Shown here piece after piece: positions 11,343 through 25,383 of a stretch of 64,000 nucleotides of DNA. The position numbers were made by a program, and so were the translations under genes. The stretch is from Azolla caroliniana. Its lineage: Eukaryota > Plantae > Polypodiophyta. The stretch covers positions 12,896,001 through 12,960,000 of the forward strand of contig JBHGNT010000005.1 in the NCBI GenBank assembly GCA_043228905.1, read 5' to 3'. The notes under the pieces are model-generated. The model saw only the letters and a program-made list of their open reading frames with translations. It did not search any database and had not been told where the DNA came from. Position 1 is the first letter of the stretch. Each line of letters opens with the position of its first letter.

Positions 11343-14300
11343 TGTAAAAAGTAACGTGTGGAAGCAAGTATGAAGACCGAACAGAAGGAAGAAAACTCAG
11401 GTTTAATGGAGAGCTTGAGCTTACGCAGTATATGCGGGAGAGACAGAGAGAGTGAGAGAGAGAAAACACCAGAACTATATTCCACAAAAACTTGATTCAC
11501 TACTCTATACATATGTGTGTTCCATGAACACTTTTATACAAGTCCTCGAAGGACTGACAGAAGTACTCACCGTACTTCAATGCTCTTTAAGAGCTCCTAC
11601 ACTAACTCCCAAATATATTCCTCACGGAATATCTTTCCTAACGGCCTCCCGGTTTACGCACTCGGCCTAACCGATCGGTCCCAACCGATCGGGTCCTCGG
11701 CTTCTTCAGCCGATCCGGCCGATGTTGAGCTTGTCTCTCAACACTCCCCCTCAAGCTCAACTGGAGGCTCTTCGGGATCCTCGGGCTCATAGATCCGGTT
11801 CCTCCTGGCTTCACGCCTTGCTCGCGCTCCTCGACCTGTTCGACTCCGCGCGCTTCGACCCTTCCGGTCGGCTTGTCTGCTCTTGCGGCCCTTATCAGCT
11901 CTTCTGCTATTGCGGTGTTGACGCTTCTCCTGCTGCATTTTCTTCCGCTTGGGCCTTGGTTGATTCAGCATATCTGAATCAAACATCCGAACCGACTCGG
12001 CTACCTCCGATTGGTAGATTCGCTCTCGTCTGAGTTGGCTGTCTCCAACTCGTCTTCGGTCTTCTCGCCCTCAATGGCGTCATCTTCCCCATGCGTGGTT
12101 GGCTTCGGCTCTCTCCTTCGGCTGCTCCCCTTCTGTCCGCTTTCGGACTTTTCCGCGGGTCCGCCCTCGGCTTCTTCAGCCGATCCGAAGTCGAACTTGA
12201 CAACCGAGTCAACAACCGAGTCAACCGACTTGGTGTCGCGGCCTCCGCTCCTTTCCTGCTGCTTTGCTTGGTCATTCGGGATTGTTCTCCCCCTCAAGTT
12301 TGGCACGTCAAGGTGACGCAATCCGAGCGCACCGGAGAATTGTCGCAACTTGTCCAGACCAAGGGGCTTAGTGAAGATGTCGGCAGTCTACCGATCCGTC
12401 GGAACGTACTGAAGTTCGACTTCACCGGAAAGGATATGCTCATGGACGAAATGGTAGTACACCTCAATATGCTTGGTCCGTGCATGGAAAACGGGTTTTT
12501 CGCGAGCTGGATGCTGCTGAGGTTGTCGCAGTAGATCGTCGTCGGATCTGACACCTCCTCTTGCAGGTCCTTAAGTAGCCGTTTCAACCATATGGCTTCG
12601 CATGTCGCGACAGCCGCTCCTTGGTACTCAGCTTCGGTGCTCGACAGTGCAACTGTCGGCTGCTTCTTACTGCTCCACACGATCGCGACACTCCCGAGGG
12701 AGAACGCATATCCAGACGTGGATCGGCGATCGACGGCGTTGCCAGCCCAATCAGCATCGGTGTAGCCGACTAACTGCGCGGTTGCACCGGTCCGATATAG
12801 CAGTCCCCGGTCCTTAGTGCCGTTGACATACCGAAGTATGCGTTGCGCACACTGAAGGTGCTCCTCGGTAGGTCGCGCCATGAACTGACTGATCACTCCG
12901 ACTGGATAACTGAGGTCGGGTCGGGTGATGGTCAAGTATATGAGGCTTCTGACAATTTGTCAGAACCTCGTCGGGTCGCATACCTTTCCCGTATCGGGAC
13001 GAAGCTTGATGGTTCTGTCCAGAGGAGTCGAGACGGACTTACAGTCGGCCATCCCGAGGTTGAAGAGCATATCCAACACGTAATGACGTTGGCTGATCAA
13101 TATGCCTTCGGGGGTATGGATCACTTCGATCCCGAGGAAGTAATGAAGGTCCCGCAGATCCTTCATGTCGAACGATGCCGCAAGTTGGAGCTTCACGCGG
13201 TCGATTCCACCTAGGTCGGCGTCGGTGATGACCAAGTCATCGACATATAGTAGAATACTAACCAGTCCGAGTCGACCTTTCCGGATGAACAGGGAAGAGT
13301 CCGATTTTGACGTGACAAAGCCCATCCGACGCAGTTGTTGCGTGATCTTTGCGTTCCAGGCACGCGGGGCTTGCTTCAGTCCGTAAAGGGACTTCTTCAG
13401 TCGGCATACTGCTGAGGAGTTCGTTCCGGAGTGAAATCCGGGGGGCTGTACCATGTACACTTGTTCCTCAAGGTCACCTTGCAGGAACGCATTCTTTACA
13501 TCCATTTGATGTAGGTGCCACCCCTTGGCCGCGGCTACTAAGAGCAAAACACGGACGGTCGTCATTTTCGCGACCGGCGCAAATGTCTCATCGTAGTCGA
13601 TGCCGTGTTTCTGCGCGTAGCCCTTTGCCACTAGCCAAGCCTTGTACCGGTTGACCGAGCCATCAGTGTTGTACTTGACTTTGTACACCCACCTACACCC
13701 GATCGGTTTTACCCCTCTTGGTGCGTCAACCAGGTCCCAGGTCTCGTTCTCCGCCAATGCGTGCATCTCTTCCTCCATCGCGGCACGCCAATTCGCGTCT
13801 TTAGCCGCTTCTGCGTAGCTCTCCGGCTCACGCACTTCCGCTACACGGGTCATGTACGCATAATGATGCGCCATGTACTCGTTGTATCCGAACCGCAAAA
13901 CAGGGTTCTTCTGGTGGGTAGATCGGTGTAATCTAGCATTAGCCGATGTCGAGGCCTTCTCGGTCGATGCGGACTTCACCTTTAAAGACCCGTCACTGGT
14001 TCCCTCGTAGTCAGACTCGCGTCGGTCTGACTCGTTCCTATCCGTGCCGGAATCCGACACCTTCTTCTTCCCTTTCTCTTTGTGCGTAAGCCGTCTCCTC
14101 GGCTTCCTGCGCGGGGAATGCACGGCCGAGTCTCCACTCGCCGGCTCTTCATCGGACTGGTCGTACGGACTCAGTCGTCCAATCGGTCCACTTAAACAGA
14201 GTGAAATCTGACTCTCTTCACGGGTCTTGATTTCAGGCTCATCTGGAGGCATCTCGGCCTCTCTGACCTCATCGTCAGAGCTCGGATTGGAGTCGGGGTT

Positions 14301-17019
14301 CGGAGTCGGGGGCTGGTACCAGGACGCGGACTCGTCAAACACAACGTCGCGGCTAACACGCGCCTGTTTGGTGCGAGGGTTATAGCACTTATAACCCTTC
14401 TGCTCGTCCGAGTAACCGACCAAGATGCATTTCTCGGCCTTTGCGTCCAGCTTCCTCCTTTTCTCCTTCGGTACATGCACATACGCAATGCCACCGAACA
14501 CCCTTAAGGGTCGCAAGTTCGGCTTCGTTCCGAAATATAGCTTGTGCGCCAACACTTTGTCTCCGATCCGGTTTTGGATGTATACCGCGGTCCTTACCGC
14601 CTTGGCCCAGTAGAACTTGGGCAAGCTCTTCTCCTCCAGCATTGTCCGTGCCGCTTCCACAACTGACCGATTCTTCCTCTCGGCCACGCCGTTCTGCTCC
14701 GGCGTGTATCTACTACTGAATTCGCGCCGAATTCCCATTTGTTGTAGGTAACCGTTGAATTGACCAGAAAAGTACTGTTTCCCACCATCCGACTGCAGGC
14801 ACTTGATCTTTCGTCCCGTTTCAGTTTCCACGAACCCTTTGAGGTCCCGGAAACAGTCGAAGACTTCGCTCTTCCTCTCAATGAGGTAGATCCACGTGTG
14901 CCACGTGTGGTTGTCGATGAAGGAGACGAAATATCGGCTCCCGCCAAGACTAACGTTTTGTGCCAGCCCCCATACATCGGAGTGTATAAGGTCGAGCTTA
15001 TTCCGGCTCCGGTTTCGCTCGTTTGGGAAAGGAAGTCGGTGTTGCTTCCCGAGCTGGCAGGCTTCACAAATTTGTGCCTTTCGGCCACTAAATTTGGGCA
15101 ATCTGAATACTACCTGTTTCGTTTGCAGATCTTGAAGCCGCTGTAGTTGACGTGGCCTATCCGCTTATGCCACAAGTCGATGTCCGACTCGGTTTTTCTT
15201 CCCTTTGCGAACATTGCGGTGCCACCATCAGTGGAGTCGAGGATGAACATCCTCCCGTCTCTGCGCCCTTGCACAATCACACGGCCTTCTTCCTCAATGA
15301 AGCACCCGAGGTGTGTAAACCGAACCTCCATCCCTTGGTCGACGATCTGTCCGACCGAGACCAAGTTCTTCGTGATTGTCGGAACGTGCAACACGTTCAT
15401 GAGTTTCCCTTTCTGCCCGACATGGCTAAGGGGAACTTCTCCGACATTCGCGATGGGATGCGGAGTGTCGTCTCCAGTTGCGACTACTCCAGGTTGTATC
15501 GGTTTTTCAAGGTACGAGAACCACTCCTTATGGCTGGTCATGTGGTTTGACGTGCCGGAGTCTACGTACCACACCTCGTCCGATCTCGGGGTGGTCCATT
15601 TCATTGAGTTTGCTTCGTGTCTCGTCACGAAGGCAGACCCTTCTCTGGCTCTCCCGGAGTCTTCGGCGTAGTGCGATCGCTGCCGATTTCCCTTGTCGGT
15701 ATGTCCGGAGCCGTTTCCGGAACTGGTTCTCTCCGAATCGGCGCGCTTCTTCCAGCACTCACTTTCCCTGTGGCCTTTCTTGCCACAGTACTAGCACTCC
15801 GCGATGGCCTTCCCTTGCCGGTTCTCATCGCTTCGACTCCCCCTGTTTCCGGAGGGTCCGGAGTTGCTGTCGGCATCACTTCGGTGCCTTCTTCCTTGAT
15901 CTCGTCGGCCGCCTCCATTGCACACCGACTCGCCTCGTCCTCCACGTCCACGGGGCCTATCTCCCTCCGTGTACAGCATTCTGTTGTCGGTGTGCATGCT
16001 TGTAGACGCACCCGCGTGGTTCTCCTCTACCAGGAGCATTGACTGTAAGTTGAAAAAGGACGACGTATTCTCCCAGGTACACACAACCGTTCGGAACGCT
16101 CCGACTTCGACGCCAAACCTCCAAGACAGATCTGGACCATCTCGCTCTCCTCGATTTTCACCTCTATGGAGGCGAGGGAGTCACAGATATCCTTGATCTT
16201 CGAGGTATAGTCCGCCACCGACAAGTCGCGTTGTCATAGGTTGCTCAACTCCTGTCGGAGATGAAGCTTCCTGGCTGTGGTGCTCGCGGCAAAAATCTTC
16301 TTCAGATTTTCCCACACACCCTTCGGCGTCTTTGCATCCCAAACATAGCTCAATAGCTGTTCGCCCACACACGACGCGAAGCAGTATAATACCCTGCTCG
16401 CCGATTGCTCCCACGACGGGAAGTCTCTGTATGTCGATTCGGGTGTCGTGCCCGAGCAGGTACTGGTGCATCTTGTAGGACCAAGACGCGTAGTTGGTTC
16501 TGTTGAGCTTCTCTGTTGGAAGCGAGCTCGCCATGCCTCTATCCATCGTTCTTCTTGTTCTTCTTCGTTAAGTTGTGTCGGCTGCAGGGAGGTTCTCAAC
16601 CCTCGCGCTCTGATACCATGTAAAAAGTAACGTGCAGAAGCAAGTATGAAGACCGAACAGAAGGAAGAAAACTCAGGTTTAATGGAGAGCTTGAGCTTAC
16701 GTTGTATACGCGGGAGAGACAGAGAGAGTGAGAGAGAGAAAACACCAGAACTATATTCCACAAAAACTCGATTCACTACTCTATACATATGTGTGTTCCA
16801 TGAACACTTTTATACAAGTCCTCGAAGGACTAACAGAAGTACTGACCGTACTTCAATGCTCTTTAAGAGCTCCTACACTAACTCCCAAATATATTCCTCA
16901 CGGAATATCTTTCCTAACGGCCTCCCGGTTTACGCACTCGGCCTAACCGATCGGTCCCAACCGATCCAGTCCTCGGCTTCTTCAGCCAATCCGGCCGATG
17001 TTGAGCTTGTCTCTCAACA
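11343..17019 (-). mobile_element. Copia C, full length, inserted into the 5' LTR of Copia B
   Basis: 401-bp LTRs at 11343-11743 and 16619-17019 (about 11 mismatches by eye); TSD TAGGG; tRNA-iMet PBS at 16605-16618; PPT at 11744-11755. Confidence 0.96.
11738..16534 (-). pseudogene. gag-pol of Copia C (frameshifted)
   Basis: EKLNRTNYASW (gag), WYVDSG (PR), LWHKRIGH, HSDVWG, TPEQNGVAERKNR (IN), YVDDL (RT), YTDADWAG and SSTEAEY (RH). Confidence 0.92.
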
Positions 17020-19280
17020 TAGGGCAATCACTTTATGAGAGTTTGTGTGCATTGCATGTTGTTGTAACTGTTCTCCAATGAGAGTGATAGAGAGGGAGAG
17101 AGAGATACAAAGCGATACTCTATTGTAACCACCACCTGGCGAAGAAACCGAGCTCGAGGTCGTTGCCTACAAGTCTCTGATTGTACCCCTTCTCTTCATA
17201 GTGATAGTTTGGAGTTTGTGGGCTCCCACGGGTTTTCCCTATTAGGGTTTTCCGCGTTAACATCTTGTGTTCACTCTTTAGTTCTCATTTCTGTGTTCTC
17301 CATTCTCATTGAAGTGATTCATTACTCGGTTGTGGCCGAGCAATATTCCGCGATTCACATCAATTTGGTATCAAAGCGAACAACACAGGAAATGGAAGAA
17401 TCATTTGGCGGCATGTTCAAGCTCACCGGCTCCAACTACTCAGTGTGGAAATCGAAGATGATGGATATGCTATTGGTCAAAGATCTTTGGTTTCTAGTTC
17501 AGTTCCGGGACAAGAGACCGGACAAGATTGATGCCACAGTGTGGGAGGTGATGCACATGAAGACGATGACATACATTCGGTGCTTCATCAACATGAGCCT
17601 GTACAACAACTTCAACGAAGAGAGCAAGGCTCATGAACTCTGGGAGAAGATCAACATTATGTTCCAAAACAAAAATGTTGTTAATCGGGTTTTGGTATTC
17701 CGGAAGCTAGTGAGGCTCCGATACCAAGATGGCTCCAGTATGGCGGAGCACATGAATGCCTTCAAAGGACTGATACATCAGGCAACCTCGTTGGAAGTAC
17801 CTCTCGCTGATGAGGTACTTGCTCTACTCTTGCTCGGTTCCCTCGCGGATAGCTAGGAGACGTTAGTTATCACATTGGGCAACGCCGGGCCGGAAGGAAA
17901 ACAAGTATCCCTAGCAAAAGTCAAGTTGAGCTTGCTAGATGAGGAGGTGCGTCAGAAAGACAAGTAGGTGATCTCCGACGCCAAAGCCCTCCTTACCAAA
18001 TCGGAACGCGAAAGACAAAGGTATCGGAATCCCTAGAATCGGGAAAAGTCGGGGACATGGTCAAAGTCAAGGGGGAGGTCCACTTGCTTCTATTGTGGCA
18101 AGCCGGGGCACTTCCAGAAGAACTGTTGCTTCTTCAGCCAATCCGGCCGATGTTGAGCTTGTCTCTCAACATAGGGCAATCACTTTATGAGAGTTTGTGT
18201 GCATTGCATGTTGTTGTAACTGTTCTTCAATGAGAGTGATAGAGAGGGAGAGAGAGATACAAAGCGATACTCTATTGTAACCACCACCTGGCGAAGAAAC
18301 CGAGCTCGAGGTCGTTGCCTACAAGTCTCTGATTGTACCCCTTCTCTTCATAGTGATAGTTTGGAGTTTGTGGGCTCCCACGGGTTTTCCCTATTAGGGT
18401 TTTCCGCGTTAACATCTTGTGTTCACTCTTTAGTTCTCATTTCTGTGTTCTCCATTCTCATTGAAGTGATTCATTACTCGGTTGTGGCCGAGCAATATTC
18501 CGCGATTCACATCAATTTGGTATCAAAGCGAACAACACAGGAAATGGAAGAATCATTTGGCGGCATGTTCAAGCTCACCGGCTCCAACTACTCAGTGTGG
18601 AAATCGAAGATGATGGATATGCTATTGGTCAAAGATCTTTGGTTTCTAGTTCAGTTCCGGGACAAGAGACCGGACAAGATTGATGCCACAGTGTGGGAGG
18701 TGATGCACATGAAGACGATGACATACATTCGGTGCTTCATCAACATGAGCCTGTACAACAACTTCAACGAAGAGAGCAAGGCTCATGAACTCTGGGAGAA
18801 GATCAACATTATGTTCCAAAACAAAAATGTTGTTAATCGGGTTTTGGTATTCCGGAAGCTAGTGAGGCTCCGATACCAAGATGGCTCCAGTATGGCGGAG
18901 CACATGAATGCCTTCAAAGGACTGATACATCAGGCAACCTCGTTGGAAGTACCTCTCGCTGATGAGGTACTTGCTCTACTCTTGCTCGGTTCCCTCGCGG
19001 ATAGCTAGGAGACGTTAGTTATCACATTGGGCAACGCCGGGCCGGAAGGAAAACAAGTATCCCTAGCAAAAGTCAAGTTGAGCTTGCTAGATGAGGAGGT
19101 GCGTCAGAAAGACAAGTAGGTGATCTCCGACGCCAAAGCCCTCCTTACCAAATCGGAACGCGAAAGACAAAGGTATCGGAATCCCTAGAATCGGGAAAAG
19201 TCGGGGACATGGTCAAAGTCAAGGGGGAGGTCCACTTGCTTCTATTGTGGCAAGCCGGGGCACTTCCAGAAGAACTGTTG
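16977..19280 (+). repeat. 1152-bp near-perfect tandem duplication (16977-18128 and 18129-19280)
   Basis: Identical 215-aa ORFs at 17209 and 18361; one mismatch seen (TTCTCC vs TTCTTC). Confidence 0.95.
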
Positions 19281-21258
19281 GCATTTCCGGAAAGACAAGG
19301 GAACCGATAGTACCGATTCGAAGAAGTCACCGAACCGAACCGGTTCGGATTGGTGAGGCCCGGACCAGAAGGGAACGACGACGATCGTAGAAAGTGAAGA
19401 GGAACTAATGCTCATCACCGAGGAGAGTGAGTTGAACCTTGCTGGCGACAAGACAACGTGGGTTGTCAATTCCGGAGCGTCGTTCCACCTTACTACGGAC
19501 CGAGAATGCTTCTCATCCTACACAGCCGGTGAGCACGGCTGTGTCCGGATGGGGAATGAAGGGGCATGCCAAATTGTCGGCAGAGGAGATGTGTGGTTGA
19601 TGACACCAACCGGATGCAAGTTGCTATTGAAGGATGTCTGACATGTTCTGAAGGTTCAACTGAACCTAATATCAGCCAGTCGGCTAGATGATGAAGGCTA
19701 CATGGGTAACATCCGGAATAGAGTCATGATGTTCAGCAAGGGGATCCTAATAGTTGTTTGGGCCTAGAAAGTCAACACATTGTACTTGATGAACGCCTGG
19801 TTATGCCAGGAAGAAGAAGTGAACGTTGCTTCCGACACTGCCGGTGAGTTGTGGCTCGAGCCCGAAAGATCAACACACTATACTTCATGAATGCCCAGAT
19901 ATGCCGAGAAGAAGTGAACATAGCATCTGACACTATCGGTGAGCTGTGGCACAAAAGACTGTGTCACATGAGTAAGAAGGGGATGAAGAGGTTTGCCGAA
20001 GACAACCTCATTCCGGTGAAGGATGTGCAACTTGAGAAGTGCACCCATTGCTTGGCCAGCAAGCAAAACCGAACCTCCTTCCGGTCAAGACCACCGATGA
20101 GATGGAATGCACCACTAGAGCTGGTGCATACCGATGTGTGTCAAGTAGACATGAAGTCACATGCCAGATCGCAGTACTTCGTGACGTTCATAGATGACCA
20201 CAACCAGAAGTTGTGGGTCTCATCGTTGAAGATGAAGGATCAAGTGTTATCCGTCTTCAAGGAGATCCACGCGAGAGTGGAAAGAGAAACCGGCCGGAAG
20301 CTGAAGGCGATTCGAGCAGATAATGGAGGAGAATACCAGGGGCAGTTTGAGGAATACTGTCGGTCGAAGGGAATCCGACTCAAATTCACCGTGCGGAAGA
20401 CACCGGAACTAAACGGGTTGGCCGAAAGGATGAACAGGACCATAATGGAGAGAGTCCAGAGCATGCTCGCACATGCCAAGTTACCCAAGACGTTTTGGGT
20501 TGAGGCGCTTACGACTGCGACCTACATGATAAACAGATCACCCTCAGTACCCTTGGGAGGAGACTCACCTTAGAAAGTATGTGTTGGGAGACAGGTCCCT
20601 CCGGATGGGAAGGGAGAAGAACAGTGCCGAAACGGTGTGATGAGTACCCGGCTACGGAGAGCCGGATGATACAAGCCCAGTATGAACCGGATGAGGAGTA
20701 CCCGGCTACGGAGAGCCGGATGGTGCAGGCCCGGTATGAACCGGAGGAAGAGACATATTCGTAAATATGTTTCTGAGAGCCCATCGAGGCTATATTTGTA
20801 AATAGCCGAAAAGTCCTATTAGTATAAATATGACTTAGGGCAAACTTTTAGCTGAGTGTTGGAGGTTGTTGTTATTCCTTTTCTTGTTGGTGCAAGGAGA
20901 GAGAGAGAGAGCGCGTAACTGTACAGAGAGAGAGAGAGAACGAGGTCGTTGCCTCTATTGTAACCGCCGTCTGTGGCGAAGAGCGTGAGTCCGAGGTCGT
21001 TGCCTCCGAGAACGCACTGTTTTGTACATTCATACATAGTGACAGTTTGCAGCCTGTGGGCTGCCGTGGTTTTCCCTCCAGTTTGGGGTTTTCCACGTTA
21101 ATCTCCTGTGTAGTGTGTGTGTACCATTTCTCTTCTCTGTGTCGTGTTTTATTTCCCGTTTTTCTGTGTATGAAAAGAATCTCGATTGTGGCCGAGCGTC
21201 GGACATAAGGAACGTTACGTTCCCGTCAATTGGTATCAGAGCGAAATCGACACAGAAA

Positions 21259-24200
21259 ATGGACGAATCATTTGGCGGCATGTTCAAGCTCACCGGCTCC
21301 AACTATTCAGTATGGAAGTCGAAGATGAGGGACATGCTCGTTGTTAAAGACCTCTGGCTGCCGGTTCAGTTCGGGGACAAGAGACCCGACAAAATCGACG
21401 CCGCGATATGGGAGGTGATGCACATGAAGACAACGGCGTACATACGGTGCTTCATTGACATGAGCCTATACAACAACTTCAATGAAGAGAGCAAGGCTCA
21501 TGAGCTCTGGGAGAAGATCGGCATAATGTTCCAGAACAAAAATGTTGTCAATCAGGTGTCGGTATTCCGGAAGCTAGTAAGACTCCAGTACCAAGATGGC
21601 TCCAGCATGGCGGAGCACATGAATGCCTTCCAGGGGCTGATCCACCAGGCAACGTCATTGGAAGTACCTCTTGCCGACGAGGTACTAGCGCTACTCCTGC
21701 TCGGTTCCCTCCCGGATAGCTGGGAGACGTTGGTTGTCACTTTGGGCAATGCCGGGCCGGAAGGAAAACGGTTATCTCTAGCAAGAGTAAAGTCGAGCCT
21801 GCTAGATGAGGAGGCGCGTCGGAAAGACAAAGATATGAGCTCTGACTCCAAAGCGCTTCTTACTGAATCGGAACGTGGAAGACATAGAAACCGTAGTCCC
21901 CAGAACCGGGAGAAGTCGGGGACACGGTCAAAGTCAAGGGGGAGGCCTACTTGCTTCTATTGCGGCAAGCCGGGACACTTCCAAAAGAACTGTCGGCATT
22001 TCCGTAAAGACAAGGAAACCAATGGTACCGATTCAAAGCAAACCCCGAACCGGAACGGTACAGACCGGAACGGTAAAGACCGGAGGGGGCCGGACCGGAA
22101 GGGAACGACGGCAATTGCGGCAAGTGAAGAAGAGTTGATGCTCATCACCGAGGAGTGTGAGATAAACCTTGCCGGCGACGAGATGACCTGGGTGGTAGAC
22201 TCCGGAGCATCGTTCCACCTTACCCCGGACCGGAAATGCTTCTCATCCTACTCAGCCGGTGACCACGGCTGTGTCCGGATGGGGAATCAAGGTACATGCC
22301 GGATTATCGGCATAAGAGACGTGTGGTTGTCAACACCAACCGGATGCAAGTTGCTGCTGAAGGATGTCCGACACGTTCCGGAAGTTCGTCTGAACCTGAT
22401 ATCAGCCGGTCGGCTAGATGATGAAGGCTACACAGGTAGCATCAGCAACGGTGTCATGAAGTTCAGCAAAGGGAGCCTAATTGTGGCTCGGGCCCGGAAG
22501 GTAAACACCTTGTACCTGATGAATGCCCGGTTATGTCCGGAAGAAGTGAACGTGGCATCCGACACTGCCGGTGAGCTGTGGCACAAGAGGCTGTGTCATA
22601 TGAGCGAGAAAGGGATGAAGAGGCTTGCAGACGACAACCTCATTCCAGTGAAGAACGTGCATTTAGAGAAGTGCACTGATTGTCTGGCCGGTAAGCAGAA
22701 CCGGACCTCTTTCCGACCAAGGCCACCGATGAGACGTAATGCACCACTGGAGTTGGTGCATACGGATGTGTGTCAAGTAGACACAAAGTCACATGCTGGA
22801 GCTTAGTACTTCGTGACGTTCATAGATGACCACAGTCGGAAGCTGTGGGCCACACCACTGAAGACGAAGGATCAGGTGTTATCCGTCTTCAAAGAGCTCC
22901 ACGCGAGAGTGGAAAGAGAAACCGGCCGGAAGCTGAAGGCGGTTCGAGCAGATAACGGAGGAGAGTACCGGGGGCAGTTCGAGGAGTACTACCGCTCGAA
23001 GGGAATCCGGCTCGAATTTACCGTGCCGAAGACGCCGGAACTAAACGGACTGGCCGAGAGGATGAACCGGACCATAATGGAGAGGGTCCGGAGTATGCTA
23101 GCGCATGCCAAACTACCCAAGAAGTTTTGGGCTGAGGCACTGTCGACGGCGACATACGTGATAAATAGATCACCCTCAGTACCCTTGGACGGAGACACGC
23201 CACAGAGAGTGTGGACCGGTAAGGAAGTATCCTACCGGCATCTGAAGGTGTTCGGGTGTCTCGCGTACGTGCATGTAGCAAAGGACCGGAGAGGAAAGTT
23301 AGATCTAAAGACCCGACCATGCATATTCCTCGGTTACGGTGATGATGAGTTCGGTTACCGAGTGTGGGACCCGGTCGACAAGAAGGTATTCCGGAGTCGA
23401 GATATTATCTTCATGGAGGACAAGACGCTCGCTGACTAGGAGTCGGAGAAGAAGATAATGAACTCCGAGTCGACCGGTAAGGATAGACTCTACGATGTGC
23501 AGACCCAACCGGCAAGAGACCGGTTAGTACTCAAGGAACCAGCCGGTTACGGTGAGGATACCGAACCGGCAGAAGAAGAAGTAGAGGAAGCTGAGACCGG
23601 AACCGGCCAAGACCCCGAATCGGATTCGGATGAAGAGCAAATGGAGGAGCCGGTTACCGAAGCCCGAAGACGTAGATATCCTTTCAGAGAGAGAAGGGCG
23701 CCCCAGAGATTTCCGGATGCAGAGCATGTTCTGCTAACCGATGAGGGGGAGCCGGAAAGCTTCGAAGAAGCAAAGGAAGACACCCACAGCAGAAAATGGT
23801 TTAGTGCCATGCAGGATGAGATGGATTCCCTGCATGAGAACCATACGTATGAATTGGTGGAGTTGCCGAAAGGAAAGCGGGGTTCCGAAACAAGTGGGTG
23901 TACAAGATGAAACCAGGAGATGCCGGCAACCCCCCGAGATACAAAGCCAGGATCGTGGTCAAGGGGTTCCAGCAGAAGAAGGGCATGGACTTCGAGGAGA
24001 TATTTGCCCCGGTAGTAAAGATGACCTCCATCCGGACGGTGCTGAGTATAGCAGCAAGCATGGACCTCGAGGTAGAGCAGCTGGACGTGAAGACGGCATT
24101 CCTCCACGGCGACCTCGAAGAGGAGATCTACATGCAGCAACCGGAAGGATTTGTGGAGAAAGGGAAGGAGCACCTGGTATGCCGGTTGAAGAAGAGCCTG

Positions 24201-25317
24201 TACGGACTGAAGCAAGCTCCCCGCAATGGTACCGGAAGTTCGACTCCTTCATGACCGATCAAGGGTACCACAAGACGTAGGCCGATCACTGCGTGTTTGT
24301 GAAGAAGTTCGAAGGAGGGGACTTCCTGATACTCCTTCTATACGTGGATGACATGTTGATCGTCGGATGAGACCAAGTGAAAATAAGGATGCTAAAGAAG
24401 GCTCTCAACCGAACCTTCTCAATGAAAGACTTGGGTCCGACAAGACAAATGCTGGGGATGCACATCATCCGTAACCGGAAAGCGAAGCAATTATGGCTGT
24501 CACAGGAGAAGTACGTGACAAAGGTGCTTTACCGATTCAACATGTCAGATGCAAAACCGGTCGGATCGACACTTCCGGCAAACTGCAGGCTATCCGGCAA
24601 GCAAAGCCCAAAGACGAAAGCAGAGAAGGCGGATATGATGAAGATTCCATATGCCTCTGTCGTCGGGAGCTTGATGTACGCTATGGTGTGTACCTGACCG
24701 GATATAGGATACGCAGTCGGAGTGGTGAGCCGGTTCATGAGTAATCCCGGCAAGGAGCACTGGAACGCAGTCAAATGGATACTCCGGTACTTAAAGGGCA
24801 CTTCAAATATGTGTCTCCGATTCGGCTCCGGAAAACCTCAACTGGACGGTTTCACCGATTCGGACATGTCGGCTGATGTGGATACCAGCCGGTCTATATC
24901 CGGGTATGTAATGACATATGCAGGGGGAGCTGTTTCATGGCAGTCGAGGCTGCAAAAGACAGTTGCATTGTCAACCATGGAGGCGGAGTACATGGCAGCT
25001 GTGGAAGCCGGCAAGGAAATCTTATGGATGAAGGACTTCATCGGAGAGCTCGGTATACGGCAAGAGGAATACCGGCTCTATTGCGACAGTCAAAGTGCCA
25101 TCCACCTTGCTAAGAATGCGGCCTACCATTCCCGGACGAAGCATATCCAGGGAGGTATCACTAGATCCGGGAAAGAGTAGATGACCAGGAGTTCGCACTG
25201 ACGAAGATCCACACGGCCGAGAACGGGTCAGATATGCTGACCAAAGTGCTGACACCCGACAAGTTGGACGCATGCCGGAAGAGGATCGGATTGGTAAGAC
25301 ATCCCATGCCGGAGTGA
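21259..25317 (+). pseudogene. gag-pol of Copia D with several stops and frameshifts
   Basis: CFYCGKPGHFQKNC, WVVDSGASFH, LWHKRLCH, TPELNGLAERMNR, YVDDML, FTDSD; stops at 22804, 23437, 24278, 24368 and 24695. Confidence 0.93.
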
Positions 25318-25383
25318 AGGGGGAGTTTGTTGGGAGACAGGTCCCTCCGGATGGGAAGGGAGAAGAATAGTGCCGAAACGGTA

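Noticed and set aside
21115-21258. Hydrophobic N-terminal extensions on Copia gag ORFs (also 17209-17391)
   Set aside because: The ORF caller read through U5/PBS from non-ATG starts; the real ATGs are at 21259, 17392 and 18544.
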